Shown: one piece after another, positions 1 through 14,032 of the stretch | How positions within the stretch are numbered: position 1 is the stretch's first letter | Layout: each line of letters starts with the position of its first letter | Source: Leucoraja erinacea | Lineage: Eukaryota | NCBI RefSeq assembly: GCF_028641065.1 | Contig: NC_073377.1 | Span: 101,618,001 to 101,682,000, forward strand | DNA: 64,000 nt | Direction: 5' to 3' | Position numbers and translations under genes: made by a program | The notes under the pieces: model-generated | Seen by the model: only the letters and a program-made list of their open reading frames with translations | Database searches by the model: none | What the model was told of the DNA's origin: nothing

Positions 1-1009
1 AAGGAAATAATAAAGACGATTATGAGGTGATGTGATAGACATGTTAATATCACTGGAAAGTATTTCTTGATAGGAAAGGATGAAAGGAAGATGAAGAAAC
101 TCTGGCTCGAGATATAGTCAATTATTTTTTTAATGAAATGTGAAAATGACAAATGAGAGCTGACAAGGCATCAAAGATCACGGATTCATTTGCACCTCTT
201 AACATTACACTTTCATTTCTTGCTATTTCCAGGATCAAATGCTTTAACAGGGAATATTAACGTATCATAAAATGATTTGCCTAAGACCAAATGCAATCTC
301 GCAAACTCTCAGTAATTTTGACAGTAGTCCTCTGATGCACTAGATGTTAAGCCAGTCTCCAAGTAAGACAGATTTTGACCTTAAATCAGGGATTTCATAG
401 TAACCTACTGGGCTCAGATGCTCACCCACCTCAAACACAACCACCTTCATGAAGATTTTTTAGGTAGTCCTCCTACAATGGCTAGTTATATTTTTCACCT
501 CGCTGCAGATATACTTTCCAGTATCTTCAGTGGCCAAGGATTCTAGGTTGATCTGCAATAATAATGACCCTTGCCCCTGCAAGAAAAAATATCCAGGATC
601 CCTTTCTCCCAGTATCCTAGGGACAGCAATGATTCCCAACAGGACCATATCAATATTTGTGCTGGGATCTTCTTTTCTGTGAGGATTTTCACACTTATAT
701 TCAAATCCCCATTAAAAAATAAATAAAAAATGCTTGCCATCATTTTAACAGTCTAATTTACAAATAATGCTATCCCAAGCACAGGTCTCCACAAATATCT
801 CTGAATTGAAAGGTACATTTTCCTAAATAAAACTGCTAGTGGAGGTAACTTAATCCACATATCATAAACCCTTATCTAGATGCCAAAATAATTATGCAAT
901 GAAGTATAATTTAAAATACTCAAAGTTATGCTGCCTCAGTTTTAAAAACAATATTGACATGTTAGTATTAATTTACATATTTAATACGTTTTCCCTATTG
1001 AGGAATTAC

Positions 1010-1170
1010 CTTTTTGCCCAAGATTTCCAGCGTCATTTGGAATTGATTTTTTCAATGGAGTTACTGAGCTCTGAATTGGTAAAACACTTGCATTTACAGC
1101 ATTACTGTTAGCTTTTGGTCTTCGCCTTGGTGCTATTGATGTCTCCGTTGGCCCTACTGCCTCACTTAAT
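1010..1170 (-). CDS. BMP2K: BMP2K exon 10
   Basis: acag|ATTAAGT...AAAAG|gtaat. Reads LSEAVGPTETSIAPRRRPKANSNAVNASVLPIQSSVTPLKKSIPNDAGNLGQK; 161 nt. Confidence 0.92.
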
Positions 1171-1866
1171 CTGTGGAAATTATGTATAATAGATTATTTA
1201 ATAGTAATGAATATTAAAGTTGATAAATAATGAAATAATTCACATTTTCACTAAACTCGACTAACAAAAACAACTGTTAGCCTTTATATGAAACTAACAC
1301 ATTCTGCATTCGCCAAATATACTGGAAAAATTGCCCAGTAGATTGTAATCGCTAACTATGAATTAAACTGAAATGCTAAGACACTAATTTAATTGGTTCT
1401 ATTATCATGGAAGGGAGTGTACGTTTTCTTTTTAAAAAGGTTTTTTAACTAGAAGTCACCCTGTTCAACATTCCTCTCAGGCAGGATAGACACCATAGCA
1501 GGTAGTAGAATGAAGGAGGTGCTGGAGGGTAGGGGCAGAAAATGCTGCATGGTTTGTGATTGAAAATTAACACTGGATCAACCCATAACTTAGCAAGTTT
1601 TGAAGTTCCTTCTGTTCATAAAAGGTTTTCATAGCCCATGTACAGAAACATGTTTAATTGCAAAACTCTGCTGCAGTTTTGATCAATTTGGCAACAATTT
1701 TTTGCAAAACTTACAATTTGGGGATTAATCTCAATCAGAGCACTGTAAGTTCAATATTAACATGTTAGTATTACTTTATATATTTAGAGCTTCATCACAC
1801 TTTATCTAAGGAGCTTCACCACAATTTTAACTTTATCAATTAATTCCTCATACATTCAGCTCTGGA

Positions 1867-2133
1867 CATAGAAACATAGAAAATAGATGCAGGAGTAGGC
1901 CATTCGGCCCTTCGAGCCTGCACCGCCATTCAATATGATCATGGCTGATCATCCAACTCGGTATCCTGTACCTGCCTTCTCTCCATACCCCCTGATCCCT
2001 TTAGCCACAAGGGCCACATCTAACTCCCTCTTAAATATAGCCAATGATCTAGCCTCAACCACGTTCTGTGGCAGCGAATTCCAGAGATTCACCACTCTCT
2101 GTGTGAAAAAGGTTTTCCTCATCTCGGTCCTAA
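1867..2133 (-). mobile_element. CR1 LINE 3' end
   Basis: FFTQRVVNLWNSLPQ motif and (catagaaa)n tail. Confidence 0.9.
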
Positions 2134-2566
2134 TCAGGTGATCAGGAAACAAGGATGTGTACACCCAAAGGTTCTTAAATGAAGCACAAGGAGAAAGGGA
2201 GAGGAAAGGTTATTTGACCAAAGGATCACAATCATAGGAATATAAAAAGGAATAAAATAAATGCAATAAATGAAAAACAAGGGTCCATGGATTGAAGATT
2301 CACTAATAAGAATCAGGAGGCAAGGGGAAACCTGTTGCTATAATTTGTACCATTCTATGAAATAACCATTATAAATCTGCACTAAGACATGCTTTGAAAA
2401 AGTTACCGCGAAGCCATTTAGGACATTGTGTGTGAAGTGGCCAGCTCAAACTGTCACTTTAGATGAGGTTAGTTTGTTGTATTACACAATTTCTAATAAC
2501 AGCTCTGAGACAATTCAATGTTATTACTATACAAAACCTCCCAAGTCCAACCTTTTGAGAACAGCA

Positions 2567-3236
2567 TCTATATAACTAAAAGTCTCATCCTGTCTGCACT
2601 GTATATTGATTTTAGAAAAAGCACTACCATATATCGCTATGATTGCTGGCCTTCTTACTCAGTCCTCCTCCGCTGAGGCAACCCCGAGGATTTTTCCGAT
2701 CGATTAAAAATAAAAAAGTTATGAATGTTTAAAAAAATCTTGAGATCAGCTGTTGCTCCTCTCGCCTGTCAATCACCAAGTAAAGGTAACGCCCCTTCTG
2801 GGAGGGGCAGGACTATAATACCCCGATAGCCTGGACATGAATCAGTCACTCTAGAAGATCGCAAGGGAGAGGCCACAACTGTGATTCTAAGCTGTGAATC
2901 AACTAAACTGTGAGTCTACAACGTACTTGCAATAAATTATTTGTTAGCCCTTAATGACAATGCAATGAGTTGCTTGGCCTGCCCTGCCTGTGCTTGAAAT
3001 TGCAATGCAAAATTGGAAATGAAATGAAAATGCAGTGAGTTGTTTGGCTGGCCCTTGAAATGGATTAACTTGACTTGAAATGGATTGTTGGCCCTGCATT
3101 CACTGTGCTTGACTTGACCCACAACATCCATGCTAGCACTCCAGAAAGCTCCCCCGCACCGACCACCAATAATGGAATTGGTGGAGATGTAGAAAATTGT
3201 CTTGCGGGACCAGCCCTCTTGTGTGAACCTGGGACT
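2567..3236 (+). mobile_element. Non-autonomous Helitron (3' tip lost)
   Basis: A|TCTATATAACTAAAAGTC start. 3120-3236 matches the reverse complement of 52430-52540 but stops before the hairpin/CTAG. Confidence 0.75.
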
Positions 3237-4503
3237 TATTAAAGTTGGCATCAAACAGGGACACTGATCATGCCCCGTGCAGTGTAGAGAGGTATCTAAT
3301 CGTTATTTCTAAATGAGTATCAATGAACAAGTTATTGGTAGAATTTTGACTCATCACTCCTATGTTATATATAACTAGGAATTACTGCATTACATCGATA
3401 ATGATGGAATGCATCAGTACGAGATGCATGAGATTTCATTCAGTTATTAATTAGTGGTGGAATCAAAAGTTCACGCCATCTCTAGGTTTTCTACCTTGTG
3501 CATTCATTTCTAGCTCTTGGTTCTTACCAACGTCTGGAACCAAGCCACGAGAACAGATACTGACAAAAGACAAAACACTTCAGAAGTGTTTATGGATCTC
3601 ATGTGTCCACTTATGACAATCATGCTGTGACCAGACCTAACCCAACGATCACTGTAGGAGCAAAATGTGAAGGCAAGGCAAGCATACAGACTATGGATCG
3701 GAAGAGGCATTGAAATAAGAAGAGCTCCAAGAAGCAGAAGAAAATATTGAATAATCGTGAAATCGGAAATAAAACAGAAAATGGTCCTCAGGTTGGACAG
3801 CACTAGAGAAAATGTTTCTATCTCCCCAAATGCAAGAAATCGATGAGGTTAGGCAGCGGATTTTACAGATTTTATTTATAAGGCATTTATTAAAATCCTC
3901 CATGGTATGATGATCCTGAAGATGGTGTTGACTTACTGATAGAAGATAGAGGTTGTGACAGAAGGACAATATTCAAGATGGAGGTCTCTGAGCAATGGAC
4001 TTCTGCATATTGGGACTTCTGCTGTTTATGATATAGATATATAGATATGAATTACTTGGACGTAAATGCAGATGGGTTAGTTAGTAAATTTGCAGATTAT
4101 ACCAAGATTACTGGAGTCGCATATTGTGGCGAAGGACATCAAAGTATGCAGCGGGATATAGATCAACTACAGAAATTAGCGGATAAATGAAAGAGAGTTT
4201 AATCCATGCAAGTGTGGGATTAAATGAAGAGGACAAGTAAATGAGGCTCTCAGAGCAAATTCGAAACGTTTTGAAAAGGAGGTACCCAGTGAATGGTAGA
4301 AAAGTTTAAATCTCTGGTAAAATAAAGACCCCAGATTACAGAGTTTAGGGGTCAGGAGATCATGCACAGCATTTCCTGAACTTCTATTCCACCTAAGACT
4401 GTACCTTGATGTCGCGCAAATCATTTATTTCTCCTTTTTCAAGTTGTAGATCCAAATTATAAATGACATCTGTTGTTGGAAGATCAAATTTAGGTATAGT
4501 TAC

Positions 4504-4583
4504 CTAGCTTTTGTTTGACTCTTCTTGGCAGCTGCCTCACTGGCAGTCATAGGTTCAGGAAGTACTGCAGGGATAGAAACATT
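4504..4583 (-). CDS. BMP2K: BMP2K exon 9
   Basis: ccag|AATGTT...GCTAG|gtaac. Reads NVSIPAVLPEPMTASEAAAKKSQTKAR; 80 nt. Confidence 0.93.
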
Positions 4584-4684
4584 CTGGAAATGGCAAATAA
4601 AATGGCAAATAAGTTAACTAGAATTTTTAATTCAATGATGAACATTAAACAAATATAAATGTGTTTTTTCCACCGACACTAATA

Positions 4685-5778
4685 CAGGTTGAACAACAAT
4701 TTTCCAGCAACTGATGGTCCGTCCACCACTCTAATCCGGACAAAATTACGAAAGCTCAGTTGAAATTCCCCGAGCAGCCACAGATACGAAACAAGTGCTC
4801 TTTCCAGTTGCGTTCCTCCGTCAAGATAGAATCAACTATGCTCTCAATCTTCTCTCCTAACTGTTTAGTAAATACAATTCAGTAAACCCTCATTTTAAGG
4901 GCCCACTTACAACAGTTGTCAGATATAGCAGACTGATCTGCCTACCTATCCCTGACTTGCACCATCTCCCCAGTCGTTTAGAGCTTCCAACCACACTCCA
5001 GACTCGCAAAGTGCACCAGCAAGCCTTTCTTCACCCACCGAAAAGACACAAATGCTGGAGTGACTCTGCGGGTCAGGATCTCTGGCGAACACGGAGAAGT
5101 GACATCGGGACTCTTCCTCAGACCGATTCAGTCGGCTGAGTTACTTCAACGCTTTTGCGTCAAAACTAGGCGCCGATGCCACAGGTCTGCACCAGCGAGT
5201 CCTTCTTCACCAGTTCACATGGCTATTTTTGCAACTCACACTGTCGCCCCTGGGGAGAGCACTTTCTTCAATGTTTCACCACCTTCAGAACACGCTCGGT
5301 CACCGTGCAGCTCCCGCTCCTTTTACCTGCTGTCACTTCCAAGGTGACTCTGGGGAAAAGGAGGAGGTGGAGGCGAGGGGGTGGGAGGAGGCAGCGACCA
5401 GAAGAGCTGTCCCCAGAGGCTACAACATAAACTGCAACAACAACAGTCACGGGAATATGTGGTGAGTGCAGAAGGGCTCTATGGGGCACTTTGCGAGTCA
5501 GGAGTGGGGTCGGAAGCCTGGGTTCTAAATCGCCGGGAAGACGGTGGGAGCTGAGGATGGGTCAGCAGATCATTCCATTCACATTTCGTTTACATTTGAT
5601 ATTTGTTTTATTTAGGTTTCTCGCACTCCATGATAGTTTAGAGACACGGGAGGAGAGTCATTATCAAGTTTGGGGTGTACTGTCGTTTCATTATCACGCG
5701 ATCTCTGTTGGTCCAGAAAAATGGGTAATCCAGAAATGCTCTGGGACCAAGGATGCCAGAAAATCAGTGTTGAACCTG
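4685..5778. mobile_element. Tc1/mariner (Tigger/pogo-like) MITE
   Basis: TA|CAGGTTGAAC...TTTTCCAGCA and TGCCAGAAAA...GTTGAACCTG|TA TIRs, with TA TSD. Confidence 0.7.
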
Positions 5779-7404
5779 TAGTCAATTTTAAATGAATACA
5801 TTTGGAATTAATACTTGAATTATCTAAACATATGGAATTTGTAGCATATGAATACATACAAAATAAGCAATTGTCACGGGCAAGGAACAGAACAGGAAAT
5901 TGGGGACAAAGTAGGCCATTAATAACAGATCATGTTTAGTATTTAATTAATTGTTTTAATTTAGGACCACATAAGACTACACACATTTTAATTGTACTTT
6001 ATGAAAATATAGCAAGCCAAATCTCACAGTTTGCTAATTACACTAATTTAATTGAATCAATGAATAGGAATGAAACATTTCAAAGGGTCATTGTTAGACT
6101 AAAGGGCAGAACTGTTGTAAATTGAGTTGGTATAATGGAACTATATGAACGTTCATTTTGGATTCCATAAATATAGTTCAGTATGTTTGAAATAGAGAAG
6201 ATAGAAACGGAGGAGTCATATAAATGAATCACACGGACTACTGGGCAAGTACAAAAAAGAATTTGAAAGGCTATATAGAAAGTTATCCTTTATCTAAAGA
6301 GTACAAGGAAACAAATGTACCAATTATAATTCCTTGTTCCTCTCCTACAATGATATTGGTGCTGGGACACCCATCCTACTCCAATAAAATTCATTGTAAA
6401 CACAAAGACAAGTTCTACATCTTTCAATAAGCATCCTGTACTCGGTATTATTTTAAGTGGTTCTATTATTCAATTTAGTTTTTATACCCATCCATTGCTC
6501 CTGGTCACATCTCTTTTGCAATTTAACCATTCCTGACTCTTATTCTATATCATACTCTTTTTCTTTTCTCCTCAACCTTGTCCTCACACCCTAATTTCAC
6601 TGTATTTGAAAACTGGGTCACCTTTTTCCAGCTCCGATATCAAAACGATCAATTTGAAACATTAACTGTTTGTCTCTCCATATATGATATCTGAGCTACT
6701 GAGCATTTTTTTAAGACCAAGGCAAAAAAGAGAGCATAGGTCATATAGTAAGATTGCTGTCCTGCACATGATTTATATGAAGACTATTTATGAATAATGG
6801 AGTATATACAGATCATCTTGTGGGGAATTCTGGAACAGGCAGTTATAACTTTACAGTGCCATTTCATTCAGAAGAGATCATTGATCTGAATCACTTCCAA
6901 AAGTTGTAGAATTTTGGAAAACTCTTTCCTCTTTCCCAGAGCCAGAATACAAAAGCACAAACATGGCATTGCATTGTAGATTGTTAAAAAAGTGTGAAGG
7001 GATATAATTTCAACGTGGGTAATTAAGAATCAAGGGTCAGCCATGGAGAATAGGCTTCAGGAGGGTATCCTGTTCCCTTATTCCTAAATGTCAATTGCTT
7101 TACAACACTCTGTAAAAGGAAGATTTTCCTTGATCTCTTTGATCAGAAAGGTGCATTTTGAGTGAAACTACAGTTGAAGGGTAGTTAAGACTTTTTAACA
7201 AGAATTTTAACACTGGGACTGTCCTTGTGTTAACAAATCAAAAGCGTGAAGATCACAAATACTGTAGCACGGGGTAGGTGAAGAAATCAAACTTGTAAAT
7301 TTTTCCCTGCCTTCAGGCTAACCTCAGGATCCACAAAACAAACACTGAATTTCACTGACATTGTTAGGTGATTTCCATCCCTTTTTGCTGATCATTGCAT
7401 ATGG

Positions 7405-7616
7405 GCTGGAGAAACTCATCGGGTGAGGCAACATCTATGGAGCAAAGGAATAGGTGACATTTCGGTCGAGACCCTTCCCCTTCCTCAGTCTGCGGAAGGG
7501 TCTCGGCCCGAAACGTCACCTATTCCTTCGCTCCATAGATGCTGCTTCACCCGCTGAGTTTCTCCAGCATTTTTGTCTACCTTTGATTTTTCCAGCATCT
7601 GCAGTTCTTTCTTAAA
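7405..7616. mobile_element. Penelope-derived fold-back insertion
   Basis: Inverted arms of the same family. 12-bp TSD cattgcatatgg at 7393-7404 and 7617-7628. Confidence 0.8.
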
Positions 7617-8058
7617 CATTGCATATGGACTCATGGGTCTTGAAAAAATGCCTGCTGCAACTTCTGCTCAATCCTCCAGAATATCCAAATTATTTTATTG
7701 TTGCTATCCTAAAATACACTTCATTTTTTATAACAATCATTGGGTGAAGGCTAATTTTATAGATTGGTTTCACAACTTTGTGCACTAGAAAACTGAATCT
7801 TACTCAGTTCTACATATCACACTCCAGCATCCAATTATGAAAAATACAAAATAATCTTAAACTTACTTTGCTTTAAATAATTGAAACTAACGTGTTTATA
7901 ATTTCATTAGTAAAGTTAGAATTTCAGATTAAATTTATATAAATTTTAAATATTACAAGATAACAAATGAATGTTGGCACAATGTGCTTTCCAGTAACTA
8001 CAACATTTCTTCTATCCATTTTATTTTAAAAGGATAACCAAATCTTCATAATGGATCA

Positions 8059-8358
<300 letters not shown>

Positions 8359-8883
8359 TCATGAACCCAACTCCAAAATTAATGCAAACTAATTTTTTTT
8401 TTTTTTTATAGACTAATAGAAAAAGGTATCAATCTAACAGATTTTTGCAACTATTCTGAGAACTTTGAAAGTGTCATAGATTGATGCGAATATATCATTT
8501 AATTAAAATTTGAAACCATATGCAATGACGATTGCACACACTCCAGTTTATAACACTCTACAATGCTTCTTCAAACTTTTAATTAGCAAAATACACTCAA
8601 GCAAAACAGAGGTTTTGGTTCTCATTATACCTAATTATTTTAGTTTCCTGTAGCTAACGCAGTTAAGATGCTATTGAATTCACTTGGAATAAAAGGTAGA
8701 TTCTCTGACTTTACCCAAGACATCGACTGGAAATTATTTCCCATCAAATGGAATTTTGAATAGTATCCTGACCTCTCAATACCAAAATGGAATCTATTAC
8801 CTGATGACATGGATTTTCATTTCTTGATTTATGTCTCCTCTTGCATAACAATAATTTAACTTCATCCTTTTTCTATCTTTACC

Positions 8884-9135
8884 CTTAGAAAACAGTTTAT
8901 ATCCACGAGTAGTTGCTCTACTCAACAGCCAAAAACCTGTAGCCTCCCTTTGATCTGGTATTTTGTTGGTTCACGTTTGATCAATGGTGTTTTATCATTA
9001 ATGTTTTATTATTATTAATGTTTAGTGTTTTCTGAGAGTTGTAACTGTCACTGTATGTCATGTTGTTATTTGTGGGCGGAGCACCAAGGCAAATTCCTTG
9101 TACGTGAATACTTGGCCAATAAACTTACTCACTTA
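8884..9135 (+). mobile_element. Rex1-like LINE 3' end
   Basis: NSLYPRVVALLN remnant; tail caaattccttgta...ttggccaataaa. Confidence 0.55.
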
Positions 9136-9455
9136 GCAATTGTCAAGGACAGCAAAAACTATAAAGGAACTTTATCTTCTGTGCATTATATATTTCTCAA
9201 CATTTGATCTGGAATATCCATAGGCATTTTTGGTAAAGCAAGTGCGTGCAAGTACCATTTTAATTTTTAAATACAAACATTTTCCCTTCAAGAATGGATC
9301 TCACTCTTAAGTTTAAGTTACCTGACCAACCACTTGCCCCAAAGTCAAAAAGAACATGGGGAATATGAAAACGATATCAAAAGCTTAAAAAATTGTGAAT
9401 AAATGTTAAAATCTTTTTGGGATTAAATCATTTACAACATTTGCTTTAAAAATTA

Positions 9456-9623
<168 letters not shown>

Positions 9624-10084
9624 CTAAAAAGAAACATAGTATTTTTCCAAAAATATCTGATCATGAATTTTAAAACCCAGCATATTCAACACTTGAAGAA
9701 AATAACTTCTACATTAAAATGTTTTTGTCAGTTAAATAAAATATTCAATATTCAAAATTATTAAAACTGTCATTTACTTTAGGTAGTGCTTGTCAATGGA
9801 AAAACAAAAATTTTATATTGATTGTTGCAGCTCATTATTACAATTTGGTTGAATATTCTTCCTTTTGGTAAATCTGATTGCATATTAGATCAAACTTGCC
9901 ACTGCTCATTAGCAACACTGCTATCAAGATGTACATCTGAACAGCTTAATGCTGTAACAATTTTAAATAGACATTGATCTATTTTGAAATAAGAAAGCTT
10001 GCAATGAAGAAAGGATGTGCAGTCGTGCAGAACGATTGAAATTACCCTTGGTGTCATCCTACAAGGCACGCAGACATTTGCAAA

Positions 10085-11205
10085 GGCTCCGCGTGGTAGA
10101 GTGTACTGGAATATTAGACCACATGAGATCAAGGAAGAGCTAGTTTACTGGATATAGTGGAACAAAGCAGAGGGTGATAGTGGAAGGTTGTTTCTCAGAC
10201 TAGAGGCATGTGACTAGTGGGGTGCCTCAGCAATCAGTTCCAGGCCCTTTGCTGTTTGTGGTTTATATCAATGATTTGGATGAGAATGTACGAGGCATGA
10301 TTAGTAAATTTGCAGATGACACTGAAGTGGATGATATTGTAAATAATGAAGATGGTTATCAAAAATTACAGCAGGATCTTGAACGGCTTGGCAGGTGGGC
10401 TGAGGAATGACTGATGGATTTTAATGCACATAAGCGTGAGGTATTGCAATTGGGAAGTCAAACCAGGGCAGGACCTTCACAGTAAATGGCAAGGCCCTAA
10501 GGGTATTATAGAGCAGAGGGATCTAGAAGTACAGGTACAGTTGCCTGAAAGTTGTGCCACAGGTAGATAGGGTGGTCATGGCTTTTGGTACATTGGCCTT
10601 CATCGGTCAGGGCATTGAGAATAGAAGTTGGCATTTTATGTTACAGCTGTGCAAGACGTTGTTGAGACTTTGGAGTAATGTGTTCATTTACGGTCACCCT
10701 GCTATAGGAAAATGTTTTTAAGATGGAAAGAGTGCAGAGAGGATTTAAGAGGATGTTGCAAGAACCTGAACGCATGAGCTTTAGGGAGAAGTTCGGTAGG
10801 CTAGGACTTTATTCTTTGGAGTGCAGGAGGCTACCAGGTGATTTTAAAGGTGTACAAGATCACAAGGGGAATGTATTGGGTGAATGCAAAGAGTCTTTTA
10901 CCCAGAGTTGAGATCATGAATCAGAGGTCATAGCTTTGTGAGAGAGAACACATTTATTTAGAACTCGAGGGACACATTTTTCCACATAGAGGTTGGTGGG
11001 TATATGGATCGAGCTGTCAGAGGAGGTAGTTGAGGAAGATAGTATAACCACATTTAAAAGGCATTTGGTACATGGATAGGAAAGGTTTAGAGGGATATAG
11101 GCCAAACGTGAGCTGATGGTACTAGCGTAGATGGGGTATCTTGGTCGGCATGGGCAAGTTGGGCTGAAGGGCCTGTTTCCATGTTGTATGGCTCTATGAC
11201 TATGA
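10085..11205 (+). mobile_element. CR1 LINE RT fragment
   Basis: SGVPQ, INDLD and KFADD motifs; ctatgactatg tail. Confidence 0.88.
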
Positions 11206-12032
11206 GGCAAGCTCGAGCATGAGAGAATGAGAAAGAAATTTAAAGACCAGGTTAGTGTCAAAAAAGATGCAATTTTTATTTTTCTCTGCAACAAAATAAT
11301 GTTTAATGGCAGATAATTTTTGACTTGACACTCGTTTACTATCAGAATACCAGCCAAAAGACGTTTAAAGAAGCAAACTATTCAGTGATAAAGTATCATT
11401 CGGTGCCACTGGGGGGCGATGGTGATCTTTATAAACAAAGTGTGATTTTACACAATATTGTAATGTAAGCTCACTTAGGGTCAGAAGTCCCCAATACCCG
11501 AGGGCAGAACCCACGTTTTCATTCTCAATGCATAATGAACTCCAAGCTTTCACTTTTTTTCTCATCCCTTTTTCAACAACTTTTCTCTCAATGTCAGCAA
11601 GACAAAGGAGATAGTGGTCTAATTCAGAAAGAGAAGTGGTACATTGACGGCTCCATTGTAATCATGTAATCTTTCCATTGACTGGATAGCACTCAACAAG
11701 AAGCTTTTCACTGCACTTTGGTACATGTGACAATAAACTAAACTTCTCTTCAGACTCTCCTTCACCAATTATCCTTTAATCTTCCATTTCCTTTCATGAT
11801 TTCCAAGAACATTGCAACCCAAGAATCAACTCCTGGACTCCAGCACTCAATTCCGACAAACAGCTGACCCTAATATCCCTTGACGCTACCCATGTAAGCA
11901 GATGTTGCCTTTCCTTAAACATTGGCCCTAGTTAATTCACATAGAATGTTATCCCATTTGCAGTCGCTAGGGTGTAGGGAGTGAAGTGAACCAAGTTGCC
12001 TCATTGCTCACCACATAACTGGCTTAAGCTCA

Positions 12033-12203
<171 letters not shown>

Positions 12204-13012
12204 TCATTTTTTTAATACAACCAGTTTATATTTGCATTCATTGGTGTTTTGCATAAATTATCACAGGTGAAACCAACTATTATAGCAGCAATAAATTGAG
12301 AGGTGTTACATATTCTGGATTATTGATTTCAAAACAATATTAAATTCTGGTGCCTTCATTTTTGATTTTTTTTAATATGACGTCAGAATTTAAAGAACAA
12401 ACTCAGCGGGACAGGCTGAGTTTGGTAAAAAGGAATAGGTGATGTTTCGGGTCGAGACCCTTCTCCAGAGATGTTGCTTGACCCACTGAATTACTGCAGC
12501 ATTTTGTGTATATCACCGTTGATGACTGGTGCTTGGCTTTCGCCGGCACCAAGGGGATTAACCGACAGCCACTAGATAAGGCGAGAGGTGCAGCTGACGG
12601 TCCCCGGCCCGTCGGGGAACGGGTTCCTCGGGAGTTGGAACAGAGTTGAGCTGGAGTTAGTGCTTCTTCTCCACGCTGGCTGTAAGCCTAGGGCCCCCAC
12701 TGCTCCGGGCTGGTATCCCGTCAGTCCAGGGTCAACCGGACATCTCCGGTCGCCCCCGGACAGGGATGGGACATTCGGGGGTGGAGTGGGAGATTCCGCT
12801 CATAAATTTGCCCCCTGGGGAGACCCGGTTCAATCCTGACTACGGATGAAACGCAGGTCTGTATACAGGCAGCAGCTCAGCTGCTGAGAATGATTTTCTC
12901 GAGTGACTTATGACCTGGGCATGTGCAGTCGGAATACCGAACTCGCTTATTGCAGCCTTCAAAATTGGTGTAAAATCCAAAAGCTTGAAGGGATTCAATG
13001 AAACAGAACTTA

Positions 13013-13198
<186 letters not shown>

Positions 13199-13279
13199 TC
13201 AAAAAGAAATTAGAGAAGTAAACTTATTCCTTAAATTGTCCTTGCAATATAATTGTTTCCAATTTAAATTATCTTATTC

Positions 13280-13905
13280 TGAGAGGTTGCCAGCAATGGC
13301 TGCCTCATCAACAGTCTGTCTGTTCCTTCCTTCTCTGGTGTTTTTTTAGTATGTTAAATGTATGTTTTAGTGTTCTTCAGCTTGTTTCATGTGGGGGGAG
13401 GGGGGTTGGGGGATTTTTTTTAAATCTCTTACCTCGACGGAGATGCAATTTTTTTCCGTATTGTATCTCCGATCATACAGTGGCCTAACATGGAGGAGTT
13501 GGCAACGTCTGCTGGAGATCGACTTCGGGTGCTCCAACCACGGGAGCCTGCGGACTTTAACATCGTGGAGCTCGCAGTCCCTGGTTAGAGACCGGCTTCG
13601 GGAGTTCCAAGCCGCAGGAACTTCAACCACCCCGACATGGGAGTTTCGATCGCCCCGACGCGGGGGGGGCTTCGACTGCCTCGATTGCGGATGGTTCAAC
13701 TGCCCCGACCGCGGGAGAATAAAGAGGAAGAAGTTTGGACTTTATTGCGTTCCATCACAGTGAGGAATGCGGGGAATCCACTGTGGTGAATGTTTATGTT
13801 AGTTTTTATGCAGTTGGGTGTTGTTGCTTTTTTTTAGTATGGCTGTATGGTGATTCGAGTTTCACTGCACCTTAATTGGTACATGTGACAATAAACTGAC
13901 CTTTG
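13280..13905 (+). mobile_element. Non-autonomous retroposon with tttcactg..gtgacaataaa tail
   Basis: GC-rich body. The tail is shared with short copies at about 11655-11740 and 47950-47990. Confidence 0.5.
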
Positions 13906-14032
13906 ATAATTGTGGAGGCAATTGGGTTATCAAGCATGCTATACAATGAGAATAGGTGCATGATTAAGTATCATACATCACTGATCCAGAGCTGCCAAGT
14001 TTTGTCAGAGCATTTCAGTATTCTAGTACCTG

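Noticed and set aside
460-648. ORF segment LLLQINLESLATEDTGKYIC resembling an Ig-domain DxGxYxC motif
   Set aside because: No upstream Cys/Trp strands, leader or RSS, and it is out of phase with exon 10. Probably chance.
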